DNA of 64,000 bases from Pachysolen tannophilus NRRL Y-2460 (Eukaryota), in NCBI GenBank assembly GCA_001661245.1, contig KV454013.1:1210502-1274501 (forward strand), read 5' to 3'. How positions within the stretch are numbered: the stretch's first letter is position 1; each line of letters starts with the position of its first letter. This document shows positions 32,104 to 44,136 of this stretch, in pieces. The notes beneath the pieces are model-generated. The model did no database searches, had not been told where the DNA came from, and saw only the letters and a list, made by a program, of their open reading frames with translations. Made by a program: the position numbers and the translations under genes.

Positions 32104-33420
32104 ATGACTATTCAAAAAATTTTTGCTCGTTACGTTTATGATTCTAGAGGGAATCCAACTGTAGAAGTTGATCTTCATACAGAAAATGGGTTATTTAGAT
32201 CTATTGTTCCTTCTGGTGCATCTACTGGTGTTCATGAAGCTTTAGAATTAAGAGATGGTGATATGACAAAATGGCAGGGTAAAGGTGTTTTAAAAGCAGT
32301 TTCCAATGTTAACAATATAATTGCTCCAGCTTTGATTAAGGCAAATTTAGATGTTAAAGATCAAGAAGCAATTGATAATTTTATGATTAAATTGGATGGT
32401 ACTCCAAATAAATCTAAATTGGGTGCAAATGCTATATTGGGTGTTTCTTTAGCATCTTCTAAAGCTGCTGCTGCTGAAAAGGGTATTCCACTTTATGCTT
32501 ATATTGCAAGTTTATCTAATACTCCTAAACCTTATGTTTTACCTGTTCCTTTCCAAAATGTATTAAATGGTGGTACTCATGCTGGAGGAGCATTAGCTTT
32601 TCAAGAATTTATGCTTGCTCCTATCGGTGCACCAACGTTTAGTGAAGCTTTAAGAATCAATTCAGAAATTTATCATATTTTAAAATCATTAGCTAAAAAA
32701 AAATATGGTCAATCTGCTGGTAATGTTGGTGATGAAGGTGGAGTTGCTCCAAATATCAATACTCCAAGAGAAGCTTTAGATTTAGTTTGTGCAGCTATTA
32801 AACAGGCTGGTTATGAAGGTATTGTTGGTATTGGAATTGATCCAGCATCATCTGAATTTTTTAAAGATGGGAAATATGATTTAGATTTTAAAAATCCTAA
32901 TTCTGATAAATCTAAATGGCTTACAGGTACTCAACTTGCTTCTCTTTATATAGAGTTGATGAAAGAATATCCAATTGTATTATTGGAAGATCCTTTTGCT
33001 GAAGATGATTGGGAATCATGGACTCATTTCCGTACTTTAATTGATCCAAATTTCCCAATTGTTGGTGATGATTTAACTGTTACAAATACTATTAGAATTC
33101 AAAAAGCTATTAAAGAAAATTGTGCAAATAGTTTATTATTAAAAGTTAACCAAATTGGTACTTTAACCGAATCTTTAAATGCAGCAAAATTGGCTTATAG
33201 TGCTGGATGGGGTATCTTGGTTTCTCATAGATCTGGAGAAACAGAAGATACTTATATTGCTGATTTAACTGTAGGTCTTAGAACTGGTCATATTAAATCC
33301 GGTGCTCCTGCTAGATCTGAAAGATTAGCTAAATGGAACCAAATCTTGAGAATAGAAGAAGAGTTGAAAGGTAAAGCAATTTATGCTGGAAAGAATTTCC
33401 ACAAATCTCTTCAAATTTAA
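32104..33420 (+). CDS. ENO: Enolase (divergent paralog, weak codon bias)
   Basis: [57 protein letters not shown]. Confidence 0.97.
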   Translation: MTIQKIFARYVYDSRGNPTVEVDLHTENGLFRSIVPSGASTGVHEALELRDGDMTKWQGKGVLKAVSNVNNIIAPALIKANLDVKDQEAIDNFMIKLDGTPNKSKLGANAILGVSLASSKAAAAEKGIPLYAYIASLSNTPKPYVLPVPFQNVLNGGTHAGGALAFQEFMLAPIGAPTFSEALRINSEIYHILKSLAKKKYGQSAGNVGDEGGVAPNINTPREALDLVCAAIKQAGYEGIVGIGIDPASSEFFKDGKYDLDFKNPNSDKSKWLTGTQLASLYIELMKEYPIVLLEDPFAEDDWESWTHFRTLIDPNFPIVGDDLTVTNTIRIQKAIKENCANSLLLKVNQIGTLTESLNAAKLAYSAGWGILVSHRSGETEDTYIADLTVGLRTGHIKSGAPARSERLAKWNQILRIEEELKGKAIYAGKNFHKSLQI

Positions 33421-33486
33421 ACTTGGAACTAAACTATATAGTATAATTTATTAAGATATATTTATGGAAAGAAGTATTTAAATCGA

Positions 33487-33644
33487 AAGGCCCCGCCTAT
33501 TAATAGTCTCGGCCGCCTATTTCTACTGCCTATTTCCACCGCCAAAAAAAAAAAATTTCAAAGGCGGATGTTTCCTGCTAGTCTCTTTCCGCCCAGTCTC
33601 TTTCCGCCAGACTTTCCGCCTAATTTTTTTTTTGGCGGGGCCTT
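33487..33644. repeat. 158-bp GC-rich element with 11-bp inverted ends and internal CCGCC repeats
   Basis: aaggccccgcc at 33487-97 and ggcggggcctt at 33634-44; internal agtctctttccgcc twice. Confidence 0.65.
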
Positions 33645-33926
33645 CTGCCTTTTGCTTCCTTTGCTGCATTTGCTGCTTGCTTGCTGCCTGCCTGCCTTTA
33701 CTTCCTGCCTGATGTTAATGAATGTCACCAGTTTACTTTAAATATATCAACGTTGATGACTAGTCGGAATTTAGTGGTTTCTAAAGTTTGATATATATAT
33801 ATATATATATATATATAGATGTTAAACTCTTTTTTTTTGCTTTTTTTTAAACATTTACAATTACAATTACAATTACTTTTCTTTGAATTAAAACTTTAGT
33901 TAATTTTGTGATTTAAATTTAAGGCA

Positions 33927-34694
33927 ATGACTAATAAAGTTGATAACCATACTGAAGAACCTATAATTTGTAAGTATTTGAGTGAAAAAAATTTATTTAA
34001 ATTCCTAATTAAAAATTGAGTTGAATATATATTAACAAAATATTGAATAGTTGCTCCAAAGACTTATCAATATGATAAGGATTCATTGGATATTACTGAA
34101 GTTGATGAGGATCCAATAAAGCAATTTGAAAAATGGTTTAAAGAAGCAATGGAATCTGGAGAACCACTTCCAGAATCAGTAAATTTTGCAACTGCAGAAT
34201 TACCATCAGGTAAAGTTTCTTCTAGAATTGTATTATTTAAAGAATTAGATCATAAAGGATTTATTATTTATTCTAATTGGAAAGATTCGAAAAAGGGTAA
34301 ACAATTAAGTACAAATCCATATGGTGCTTTAGCATTTTTTTGGAAAAATTTACAAAGACAAGTTAGAATTGAAGGAATTACAGAATTTGTTAGTAGAGAA
34401 ACTTCTCAAAGATATTTTAATACAAGACCAAGAGGTTCAAAAATAGGTGCTTGGTCATCACCTCAATCTACAGAAATTTCAAGTAGAAAAGAATTTGAAG
34501 AAATTTATTCCAAGAGAGAAGAAGAATTTAAAAATGAGAAAGAAATTCCATGTCCTGAATATTGGGGTGGATTAAGAATAATTCCATTAGAAATTGAATT
34601 TTGGCAAGGAAGACCAAGTAGATTACATGATAGAATTGTTTATAAACGTGAAACAGAAAATGATAATTGGAAAATTGTAAGAATTGCTCCATAA
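33927..34694 (+). CDS. PDX3: Pyridoxamine 5'-phosphate oxidase, 2 exons (33927-33969, 34051-34694)
   Basis: Intron 33970-34050 (GTAAGT...TATTAAC...TAG) gives PIIFAPKTYQY; motifs SRIVLFKELD, QRQVRIEG, EFWQGRPSRLHDR. Confidence 0.96.
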
Positions 34695-34817
34695 CATGAA
34701 GAAAAGATAAGAAATAAAAGAAAATTGAATTGATCTTAATACAACAACAACAACAAAAACAAAAAAAAAAAATCTACAATTTCTAATTAAATGAATTATA
34801 CATAGTTAAATATATTT

Positions 34818-35420
34818 TTAAAATTTAGAAACAGCTTCATAAAAACTTTTACCTTGAATTTCAGCAATTCCCAATTCTGTTTTATTTGGTTGTCTTGAAC
34901 CATCTGCACCAGCGAAAGTACCAGCACCCCAAGCAGAACCACCATGAATTTCATCAAAAGAAGTTAATAATGGGAAAGCAGGACCATAACCTAATGGAAT
35001 ATAAATGATACCATGATGAGCTAAAGTTGATAAGGCATTTTGAACTGTAACTTCTTGTCCACCACCTGGAGTACCAGTTGAAACAAATATACCTGCAGCT
35101 TTTTGATATAAAGCACCTGAACTCCATAATTGACCAGTTTGATCAATAAAAGTTTTCCATTGAGCTGGGAAATTACCATATCTTGTTGGAATACCAAATA
35201 AGAAAGCATCATAATCTTTTAAAGTATCCATTGAAGCAATTGGATAATCTGGTTTTGGAGCAGCATGCATCAGTTTCAAAACATCTTCAGATAATGTTTC
35301 CGGAATTTGATAAATATCAGCTTTACCTCCAGCAGCTTCAACACCTTTCTTTTCTGCTTCAGCCAATTGAGAAATATGACCATACATAGAATATATGATA
35401 ATTGCAATTTTTGGAGCCAT
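34818..35420 (-). CDS. PST2: Flavodoxin-like NAD(P)H:quinone oxidoreductase (WrbA family)
   Basis: [38 protein letters not shown]. Confidence 0.9.
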   Translation of the reverse strand: MAPKIAIIIYSMYGHISQLAEAEKKGVEAAGGKADIYQIPETLSEDVLKLMHAAPKPDYPIASMDTLKDYDAFLFGIPTRYGNFPAQWKTFIDQTGQLWSSGALYQKAAGIFVSTGTPGGGQEVTVQNALSTLAHHGIIYIPLGYGPAFPLLTSFDEIHGGSAWGAGTFAGADGSRQPNKTELGIAEIQGKSFYEAVSKF

Positions 35421-35673
35421 TTTTTATTTTCACTTTTTTTATTAATACAAGTAATCTAATTTGTAAAATTAAAATTAAAAATAAAATTTAAAAATTAATT
35501 ATAATACCATTCAAGATTTTGATTTCCTTTTATATTCTCTCCTCCTACCTATTTCTCTCTAATTTCTATCATATTCTATCATATTCTCTCGTTTGGAACC
35601 ATAATTCAAAGAGAGTACACGTAGATTGGAAGACGAAAAGGTGCAAATGCACAGTCATGCAATGTCCTTATAA

Positions 35674-35703
35674 TTAGTAAGGTGTTTGTAAGCAAATTAC
35701 TAA
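35674..35703. promoter_or_regulatory. Inverted pair of Yap1/Cap1 response elements (TTACTAA)
   Basis: ttagtaa at 35674-80 and ttactaa at 35697-703 in the PST2/YCP4 divergent promoter. Confidence 0.6.
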
Positions 35704-35917
35704 TTTTAAGGCAAAATGATAGTTAAATTGATCGCCATAAACAGTTGGAAAGAAGGGAAGCTAGCTGGGCACAGGAGACCCATTTGAAAATATAGAAGGA
35801 GAGAGAATAAGAGATTGAAATGGGGTTTATATTGAATTTTCATGAATATAGTTTTATATATAAATATATATATTTATATATGAATTATAGATTGGAAGAT
35901 CAGACGGTAATATAATA

Positions 35918-36835
35918 ATGACAAAGATAGCCGTAAGTATGGGGTACTGGGATACTGGAGTTTTCAATTACTGGATTATTAGATTATTGGATTATTGGGG
36001 GAGTTGAATCCTTTTTTTCAAAATTTTTTTTTTTTTATTTTATATAATTATTGATCGAATTACTAACATTTCTTCTTAGATTATTGTATATTCGACTTAT
36101 GGCCATGTATTGGCATTGTCAAAAGAGATTCAAAAAGGTTTAAAGTCACAGGATAAAAATATTCAAGCAGATATTTTCCAAGTTCCAGAAACTTTATCTG
36201 AAGAAGTATTATCCCTGATTAGTGCACCACCAAAGGATCCATCTATTCCAGCTGCAACTACTCAAGTATTACTGGATTATGATGGGTTTTTATTTGGGAT
36301 TCCAACAAGGTATGGTAATATTCCATCTCAATTGGCTACTTTAATTGATCAAACTGGAGAATTATGGGCTACTGCGGCTTTATATCATAAACCAGCAGGT
36401 GTATTTGTTTCAACAGGTACTCAAGGTGGTGGACAAGAAGTTACTATAAAAAGTTTTCTTTCCTTTTTAGCTCATCATGGTATTATTTATGTTCCATTAG
36501 GTTATGGTCCTGCTTTCCCATTATTAACTTCATTTGATGAAGCTCATGGTGGATCTCCTTGGGGTTCTGGTACTTTTGCTGGAGTTGATGGTTCAATACA
36601 ACCTTCAGAAAATACTTTAAAACTTGCTTTTTTACAAGGTCAAGAATTTGCAAAAGCTGCTGCAAAATTTATTCCAGAAAATAAAAAGACAATTAATACA
36701 ACTGGTGAAATTTCATCAAAAAAATTACAAGATGCTAGAACAGGACAAAGTAAACCAGGAGCTACTTCAACAACTAAACCAGAAGCCACTTCTGATGAAG
36801 GTACATTTTGTGGTTTCAAATGTACTATCATCTAA
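35918..36835 (+). CDS. YCP4: Flavodoxin-like protein with CaaX tail (CTII), 2 exons (35918-35932, 36080-36835)
   Basis: Intron 35933-36079 (GTAAGT...TACTAAC...TAG) gives MTKIA|IIVYSTYGHV; WrbA motifs; C-terminal extension. Confidence 0.88.
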
Positions 36836-37111
36836 AAAAAAAAAAAAAAATAAAGAAAAATCATATAAAGAAATTTAATTTTAAACCAAGTCTAGACTGA
36901 CTGTCTTGACTCTCTTTCACTAGATTTCACTAGATTTTTTTTTTTTTTTTATTTTTCTTTTTTCTTTCTTTTCGATTCTTTTTGCTTTTGTTTTAATTTT
37001 AATTTAAATTCGACATTTGTCTTCTTGCTTTCTCAAGTAACAATCAAAAATAAAAAAAAGAAAGAAATAAATAAATAAATAAATTTATAGTTATTTTATG
37101 TATCTATGTAT

Positions 37112-38194
37112 TTATCTGGAAGAAATAATTGTTTTATTTCCTTGCTTTTGAACTCTTGCGTATTTCATTATAAAACTTGTAATTTTTAAATTTTTTTCAT
37201 TTAAATCTATTATAAAAGGTTCAAATTCATCTAAATCCCAATATTTATTTAATTGAAATAATGCTTTAAACCTTGAAGTATTATCCATTGGCAATGAATG
37301 TTTATTTAAATATTTTATTTTATTTGTTGATCCTGTAATTTTATAATAATAACCTTTTAACATGTTTAAATCTATGGAAATACTTTCTATTGAAGTTAAA
37401 GATGAAGGAATTGATGATTTCCAATTTAAACAAAATTCATCTATTTCAATAGAATTTGTTGAATATAATTTTAACATTTCAATACCATACCATTTTGAAA
37501 TTTTTAAAAAATCTATTTTAAAAGGATTTTGTAAATTTTTTGAAAATTTTTTTAAAACTGTTTCTAATATATCAATAGTTATATTTTCAATTTCATTTTC
37601 AATTTCAATTTCAATAATTTGGAAAATCTTGTATAAATTTAAATTATTAAAATTTAAATCATTTGCAATTATAATATTTATTAATAAAGTCAAAATTTCA
37701 GTTATAAAATTACTTGATAATATCACTGCTATATTTTCAATTTCAGATCCATTTAATTCTATCCAATGATTATCAAATTCTCCTCTACTTATAGGAGATT
37801 GTAAAATTAATTCATCAACAGAAATAGAAATAGATTGATTTTTCAATAATCTTTCTTTAAATTTAGATAAATTACCATTATAAATGGGCACATTAGAATA
37901 ATTTATTCTTCCAATTGTTTTATTTAATTCCAATGCAGAACCAAATGAAGAAAACCCTATAATCTTTTCATTTTTTTCTTTAATCAATAATTGAGTATTT
38001 GAATGTTTCTTTTCTCTTAATTGGAAAGTCTTTGTATCAGTAGTTAAAACCAAATCAAGACTATCATGTGAAGACGCCTTTATCGATATCCCAGATTTTT
38101 GTAATTTAATCACTTCTAAAAGCTCGGGACTAAGTTCTATTAATTTATAAGAAGCATCAGGAACCAAATACGAGTAAGTCTCCATAGTCTTCAT
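37112..38194 (-). CDS. DCC1: Sister chromatid cohesion protein Dcc1 (Ctf18-RFC)
   Basis: YKLIELSPELL, TFQLREKKHSNTQLL, RFKALF...W, FIMKYAR; MCB ACGCGT at 38222-27; adjacent to BUD3. Confidence 0.9.
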   Translation of the reverse strand: MKTMETYSYLVPDASYKLIELSPELLEVIKLQKSGISIKASSHDSLDLVLTTDTKTFQLREKKHSNTQLLIKEKNEKIIGFSSFGSALELNKTIGRINYSNVPIYNGNLSKFKERLLKNQSISISVDELILQSPISRGEFDNHWIELNGSEIENIAVILSSNFITEILTLLINIIIANDLNFNNLNLYKIFQIIEIEIENEIENITIDILETVLKKFSKNLQNPFKIDFLKISKWYGIEMLKLYSTNSIEIDEFCLNWKSSIPSSLTSIESISIDLNMLKGYYYKITGSTNKIKYLNKHSLPMDNTSRFKALFQLNKYWDLDEFEPFIIDLNEKNLKITSFIMKYARVQKQGNKTIISSR

Positions 38195-38745
38195 CTTTAA
38201 CCTAAAAATCAGATATTTCTAACGCGTACACACCTAACAATTATTAATTATTTTACAAATCACCACCAATACCACTTAAAAATCCACAATAAAAAAACAA
38301 CAACAACAACTATTCAAAACTTTCTCTTCCAACTGATCAAATCACTCTTTAAACCTCCTCGATTCCATCTAAAAATGACCTCCAAATCATTGGTTTTTAA
38401 ATACAAAAACTCTCTTTAATTTATATCGTTTCAGGGCTTTTAAAAAAAATTTCCTTTATTTTTTTTTTTGCTTTGTTTTTGTTTTGTTTTGTTTACATTT
38501 TGTTTTATAAAACCTTTTTATTAATTTGTTTGTTTTAATTATATATTATATCATTTGAAAGGATACGTGATAAGCGATAAGCTGGTGGGGTTTTTTGAGG
38601 ATTGAGAGGGTCTGTCTATAGTAGAGAATATAGTAGAGAATATTGAGAGATCAATAAAGTTGTTTAAGGTAATTGATATTATATTTTTGCTAATTTGGGT
38701 TTTTTTTGTTTTTGTTTTTGTCTTTGTTTTCATTTTCAATTTGGT

Positions 38746-41700
38746 ATGGTTCATGATAGGTATTCATCAAGTAACTACGATTTGGTTCTAGATAGGCCTA
38801 GTACGATCAACACAGTTACGTCTGAGTTTAATCATTTGGTCAAGTTGAACAATGTTCGGGAATCAGAGAGGTCATTACGAGAATGGCGTAGTATTTTATC
38901 TGGGGCATCATATTTTATTGGGTATGATAAATTGTTATTTCAAAAAATTTTCATAATTGTTTATGCTAATCCAAATACAAGACAAATGGATTCTGTTTTT
39001 ATTAGTCGATTTGGGGAGAATATTTATAATTCGGTGACAATTAATAAAAATTCTATTTATTATCCTGCTATTGAAAATTTGAAAACAGATTTTAAAAATT
39101 CAAATATAAGGAAATGTTTAGCAATAACAAATTTGAAAACTTTTTCATTATTACCAGATCGAATTAAATTAAAAATTGATTCGAATATTGTTAAAAATGA
39201 TTTATGGGATGAAACTGTTGCTGGAGAATTAGCAAATGAAATGAAATTAATAGATAAAAAGACTCCAGATGAATTGGGATCCAAATTTTTGGAATTGGGT
39301 TTTTTACAAACTAGTTATATCAATGCTATGATGTTAGACGTTTTATATTCAAATAAAAATCAGGACGATATCAACAAGAATAATACGTTAGTTTTCTTAT
39401 TGGGAGAACAATTGGACCAATTATTCGATCCATTGACTGAATATTCTCCTGAACCAACAGAGAAAAACTATACACCTCCTCCAATAAATCTGCAAAGTCG
39501 TCATGATTATGATTATGATTATGATGATAATGATGATGATCTAATCACTTCAATTTGTCAAGAATTATTACAAGTTCAAAAAAATTTCACCGTTAATTTG
39601 GTTAATTTCTTACAAAACTATATTATTCCTTTACGTATTAGAGTATTAAATGGTAGCATTAAAGGATATACTGCATCTAAATTAAATGTGATTTTCCCAC
39701 CAACGATAGATGAAGTTACAAGAATTAATTGTATTTTCTTGGATGCATTGAAATCAGCGTTACCATTTGGTAGTTTTGAAGTGGTTAAGGCAGCTGGAAT
39801 GACAATACCTTATTTTTATAAAGCATATATGAGACATGAAGCTGCAACTAAAAATTTTAATTCAAATTTAAACAATTTTCTTAAAAATTTGAAAAAATTA
39901 GGAATAAATGAAGATTTAACTTATACAAAGAGGAAAATTGAATCAATAATTCATAATTCTTTAAATTTAACTAAGATTAAATTGATTTTGAAAAGATTAG
40001 TTGAAAATAAACATTGGGACCCAAAGGGAAAACAAAAAGTTCTTGAATATTATAAATCAGCAACTGAAACAATAGATTCATTTGGTAAAGATAAATTAAA
40101 ACCTTATACTAATAGAGTTTTCACACCAACTGGGAAGATTTTAACTGAATTGGCAAATGGATGGCCAATAGATCTTCAATATGGATGGCTTACAAGAAGA
40201 GTTGTTGCCATATACGATGTTGAAAATTTGAAAACAAATGATTTCAAAAAAAATGAAATTTTGATTATATTTAGTGATCACTTGTTATTTTTAAAAATTG
40301 ATGATGATAATTATTATCTAAAAGATTTGACCAATTCTGAAAAACTGAATGATGAACATTATTATAAACCTTCAATCAGTGATATATTGATGCACTCCTT
40401 AATTAACGAAGTACCTATCGATAACAAGTTACCACATTTAACAGTTAATGGATATTGCAAGATTAATAATGCATATATTTCAAGTTATCATAATGATGAA
40501 TGTATAAAAATTTTTATTAATGATGAAGATGGTATCTTACATAATGATAATCAAGCATCTGATTTTACCAGATTTTATAAGATCTTGAACACCCAATATT
40601 TTGAAAATAAATCACATAGAATCATTGAGTTACTTAATAAGGCAAAAGTATTGAATAAAGAACAACCTTTCCATTTGTTCAAGACTAAACAATATGGTTT
40701 AACTATATTTTCAACAGCTCATGATTATCGTAATTATGAAGAAGAAAAAGTTAAATCACCATTTGCATTATTTTTGAATATGGAAATTGATAAAGAAGTA
40801 TTAATAGCTAATAATCTATATCTTGGAATTAGTGTTCTTTTAAGCAATGATAATAATAAAATTCAACTCAAATATTTTTTCCAAAATGATAATGAAAACT
40901 ATGTTGAAACCGTCAATGTTTCTAGGTTCGTTAATAAGATATGTGAAGCTATTAATATCAATTTTGAAAAATATTTGAAATTGAATAGTTATAAAAACAA
41001 AATTATTGACAAGACATTTGATAATTTGGTTCATTCAAATGAACAAATAATAAACTATATAATGGAATATATCGATTTCAACCACGAAAAGGAAAGACAA
41101 CTATTTTTGCAGTTGAAAGAAAATCAAGTCCAATCCAAAGCAGCAACAGATAAGTTAAGGTCTTTTACATCTAATTCCTCATTTTTCAAATCGACAGCAC
41201 AAAACAATATCTCATCTACTTCCAGTGTTGTTAATGAAACCAGGAAACCAAGTGATGGATCTAAGAATTCAGCAAAAAGTAACAATTCAAGGAAAAGTTT
41301 TATCCAACTGATAGGTTTGAAAACTTATTCATCAAATGATACAAATATTTTACTCAACAAAAACGAAAAATCCATTACTCCAAAGAAAACTTTTGGTAAG
41401 AAATTAAGTCAAGTATTTAATATTAGAAAGCAAAAATCACATAGTGATAGTGATAAAAGTGGTAGTAACAATAGTGTTGGTATTAATACTACAATTATTT
41501 CGAAAAAACAGAGAAGACAACCTAGTGTTTTAACTCACATTTCAACTACCGGGTCTGAAATTACCAATGCAGCATTTTCAAATACAATCAATAGGAGTAC
41601 AATATTAGACAATGTTGGCTATAAATCGAAAGTTGAAGATAAAAATTCACGATCCCAACTTGACACTCTGGAGAATGAAGAATCAAGAGCTGATATGACA

Positions 41701-43272
41701 GTTGATGCAAGTAGTGACTATGATTTTTTGAATGAAAGTAGCAACATATCAGTTGAGTTGGTTAAACAAGGGAACCTCACTCAAAAAACTAATGTTGTTC
41801 CAATGAGAAAAGCAGTACCGACATTATCTATGTTATCACCTAATATAAAAGCTATGAAGAAAGATGAATCTTTTAATGATTTAAAAGTAGTTAAGAAACC
41901 CTTAACTATGGATCAATTATATACTAGTAATAGTATTAAGAAAAGATTATCCAAGTTGTTAAGTGATGTGAATTATGATTATTACCATGATGGTAAGGGT
42001 AATTGGGATATTGTCGACAGGGAAAATAATAGTTTTGCTTTACCAGAAAATGATGATGGTCATGATAATGATAATGATGGTCATGGTGGTATTTATCAAA
42101 GAGAGGAGTCAAAGCAAATTGTGTTTGACGATTTACCTCAGTTTGCCAGAGTTATCAAGGATAATCCTTCTCTGAAACATTATTATCGTAAATTATTGGA
42201 GAAATTACCTCATGATGCCCCACAAAACGTTCTTGTTTCATCTCTTTTAGACAAGAATGGAAATAGGAGAGTTTGTAGCGGTACAGAGGTTGAAGTTGTT
42301 GCAGATGATTTTGGTATTAGGTCGATGTCCTTTCAGGATGATGAAAAAGATGATGAAAAAGAAGTTTTTTCAACTCCCTTGCTCGATGATGGTTCTAGTA
42401 GTTTTGATCTCGAATTTGATGAAGAAGTTGATGAGATTGATGATTTTGATGTTCAAATTAGTTTGTCTTCTGAATCGGATAAAGAAGAAGAAGAAGAAGA
42501 ACAAGAAGAACAACAAGAGCAAGATGAAGAGGACGAAGAAAATGAGAGTGGAGATGATCTTGATGATAACGATATATTTTATACTCCGATATATGAGCAT
42601 GCACCTAAATTTGAAGCATTATACCAGCATCGCAAAGAAGTGAGTGATATTCCTGAGCTTGATGAGTTTTCAGGAGAAAATATTAATATTAATATGCTGC
42701 TGTCGGAAGATGTGTTGGAGGATTTGGATTATGCTGAACTAGTTGGACAGATCACGTTTAACACCACTATAGGGCAAGATCATGATAGTGATGATAGCAA
42801 CGACAGTCAACAGATAGCATGGTACTCACCATCTGAATTAGATTATGGGAAAACTAATAATAGTGACAGTGATAGTGATAGTAATAGTGAAAATGATAAT
42901 GATAATGGTGGTGGAAGCGGTAGTGGTAGTGATAGTAGTGAAAGCATCATCAGTATACCAAAGAAAAATGAATTAGGAGAGAAAGTGATACAAGTACATG
43001 ATGAAGATTTGAGTAAGCTGGAAGATCCAATCTTGGCGAATGATTCTTCATTTAATTATCTAATTGGAGTCTTGAACGGTACTGAAACATACTACGATGA
43101 GTCCTTTGATAATAGCAATTTTGAAACAACAATGATATATGATAAGCGATTAACTGATAAATTAAGAGAAAGCAGCATAAGATATTTAGCCAATTATATA
43201 AGAAGTGGTAAGACCTATAATGATGGTTTAAGTGCTTTAGGCCAAGACGATGACGACATTTTTCACTTATAG
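38746..43272 (+). CDS. BUD3: Bud3 axial budding / DH-domain protein
   Basis: LGEQLDQLFDPLTEYSPE, FPPTIDEVTRINCIFLDALK, RVFTPTGKILTELANGWP; ATG at 38746. Confidence 0.88.
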   Translation: MVHDRYSSSNYDLVLDRPSTINTVTSEFNHLVKLNNVRESERSLREWRSILSGASYFIGYDKLLFQKIFIIVYANPNTRQMDSVFISRFGENIYNSVTINKNSIYYPAIENLKTDFKNSNIRKCLAITNLKTFSLLPDRIKLKIDSNIVKNDLWDETVAGELANEMKLIDKKTPDELGSKFLELGFLQTSYINAMMLDVLYSNKNQDDINKNNTLVFLLGEQLDQLFDPLTEYSPEPTEKNYTPPPINLQSRHDYDYDYDDNDDDLITSICQELLQVQKNFTVNLVNFLQNYIIPLRIRVLNGSIKGYTASKLNVIFPPTIDEVTRINCIFLDALKSALPFGSFEVVKAAGMTIPYFYKAYMRHEAATKNFNSNLNNFLKNLKKLGINEDLTYTKRKIESIIHNSLNLTKIKLILKRLVENKHWDPKGKQKVLEYYKSATETIDSFGKDKLKPYTNRVFTPTGKILTELANGWPIDLQYGWLTRRVVAIYDVENLKTNDFKKNEILIIFSDHLLFLKIDDDNYYLKDLTNSEKLNDEHYYKPSISDILMHSLINEVPIDNKLPHLTVNGYCKINNAYISSYHNDECIKIFINDEDGILHNDNQASDFTRFYKILNTQYFENKSHRIIELLNKAKVLNKEQPFHLFKTKQYGLTIFSTAHDYRNYEEEKVKSPFALFLNMEIDKEVLIANNLYLGISVLLSNDNNKIQLKYFFQNDNENYVETVNVSRFVNKICEAININFEKYLKLNSYKNKIIDKTFDNLVHSNEQIINYIMEYIDFNHEKERQLFLQLKENQVQSKAATDKLRSFTSNSSFFKSTAQNNISSTSSVVNETRKPSDGSKNSAKSNNSRKSFIQLIGLKTYSSNDTNILLNKNEKSITPKKTFGKKLSQVFNIRKQKSHSDSDKSGSNNSVGINTTIISKKQRRQPSVLTHISTTGSEITNAAFSNTINRSTILDNVGYKSKVEDKNSRSQLDTLENEESRADMTVDASSDYDFLNESSNISVELVKQGNLTQKTNVVPMRKAVPTLSMLSPNIKAMKKDESFNDLKVVKKPLTMDQLYTSNSIKKRLSKLLSDVNYDYYHDGKGNWDIVDRENNSFALPENDDGHDNDNDGHGGIYQREESKQIVFDDLPQFARVIKDNPSLKHYYRKLLEKLPHDAPQNVLVSSLLDKNGNRRVCSGTEVEVVADDFGIRSMSFQDDEKDDEKEVFSTPLLDDGSSSFDLEFDEEVDEIDDFDVQISLSSESDKEEEEEEQEEQQEQDEEDEENESGDDLDDNDIFYTPIYEHAPKFEALYQHRKEVSDIPELDEFSGENININMLLSEDVLEDLDYAELVGQITFNTTIGQDHDSDDSNDSQQIAWYSPSELDYGKTNNSDSDSDSNSENDNDNGGGSGSGSDSSESIISIPKKNELGEKVIQVHDEDLSKLEDPILANDSSFNYLIGVLNGTETYYDESFDNSNFETTMIYDKRLTDKLRESSIRYLANYIRSGKTYNDGLSALGQDDDDIFHL

Positions 43273-43407
43273 ATAGATAGATAGATAGAATAATAACAAT
43301 AACAATAATAATAAATCCTTTTTTCTGTTTTAAGATATATATATATATATATATAAACTTGTTCTCTTAATAATATAACCAACCTCTTTAGTATCCTCAA
43401 TCCTTAA

Positions 43408-43905
43408 TCAGTTCCTGTTAAATCCGAAGAATTTTGGATCTTTAGGAATACCATTTTCATCAATATCATTTTCATTCATTAAATGTCTTGTATATACTAA
43501 TCTTGCATCATCAAATGAAATTTTTTGTTCTTGCATAATAGTTAATATTTTCTGTTTTGAAATATCATCTAAACCTTGTCTACTATCATTTTTAACAAGA
43601 TTATCTTTAAAAATATTAAAAGTTGATGAATTTAACCCTTTAGAAATATCATCCAACCATGAAGACCGATGTAATGTCGAAGACGAAGAAGAAGGAATTG
43701 GTGTCAATGTATCATCTTGATGAACTGGTAAATAAGGTGCTTGTGATAAATTTCCATTAAATCTATTTCTAAAATTTATATATGTATTTTTTAAACTCTG
43801 TCTCTTATGGAATGCTAATACCAGTACCAGTACCAAAAGCAAAAATAAAATCAAATCAATATGGGAAAACACAAAATCAACTAAAGAATTCGAAAACTCA
43901 AACAT
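43408..43905 (-). CDS. UPF0357/DUF2015 membrane protein (YCL012C-like)
   Basis: N-terminal TM; GLNSSTFNI, DSRQGLD, FDDARL, NGIPKDPK; next to BUD3 as in S. cerevisiae. Confidence 0.8.
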   Translation of the reverse strand: MFEFSNSLVDFVFSHIDLILFLLLVLVLVLAFHKRQSLKNTYINFRNRFNGNLSQAPYLPVHQDDTLTPIPSSSSSTLHRSSWLDDISKGLNSSTFNIFKDNLVKNDSRQGLDDISKQKILTIMQEQKISFDDARLVYTRHLMNENDIDENGIPKDPKFFGFNRN

Positions 43906-44136
43906 TCTCTAAAATAACAATTGATCAATCAATATATACAAAGTATATATTATTATAATTATACTCCATATATATATATATATATATATTTGTATTTATA
44001 GTATTTTATTATATGCTTTACTTCTTATTATGGTGTGACCCTACTATTACAGAGCCCCCTTTAAAACCAAACTGGGGCGGAAATGAGGGGTTTCAACAAC
44101 AAAAAACGAGGGCTTCAAAAAATAATAGCAAAAAGC

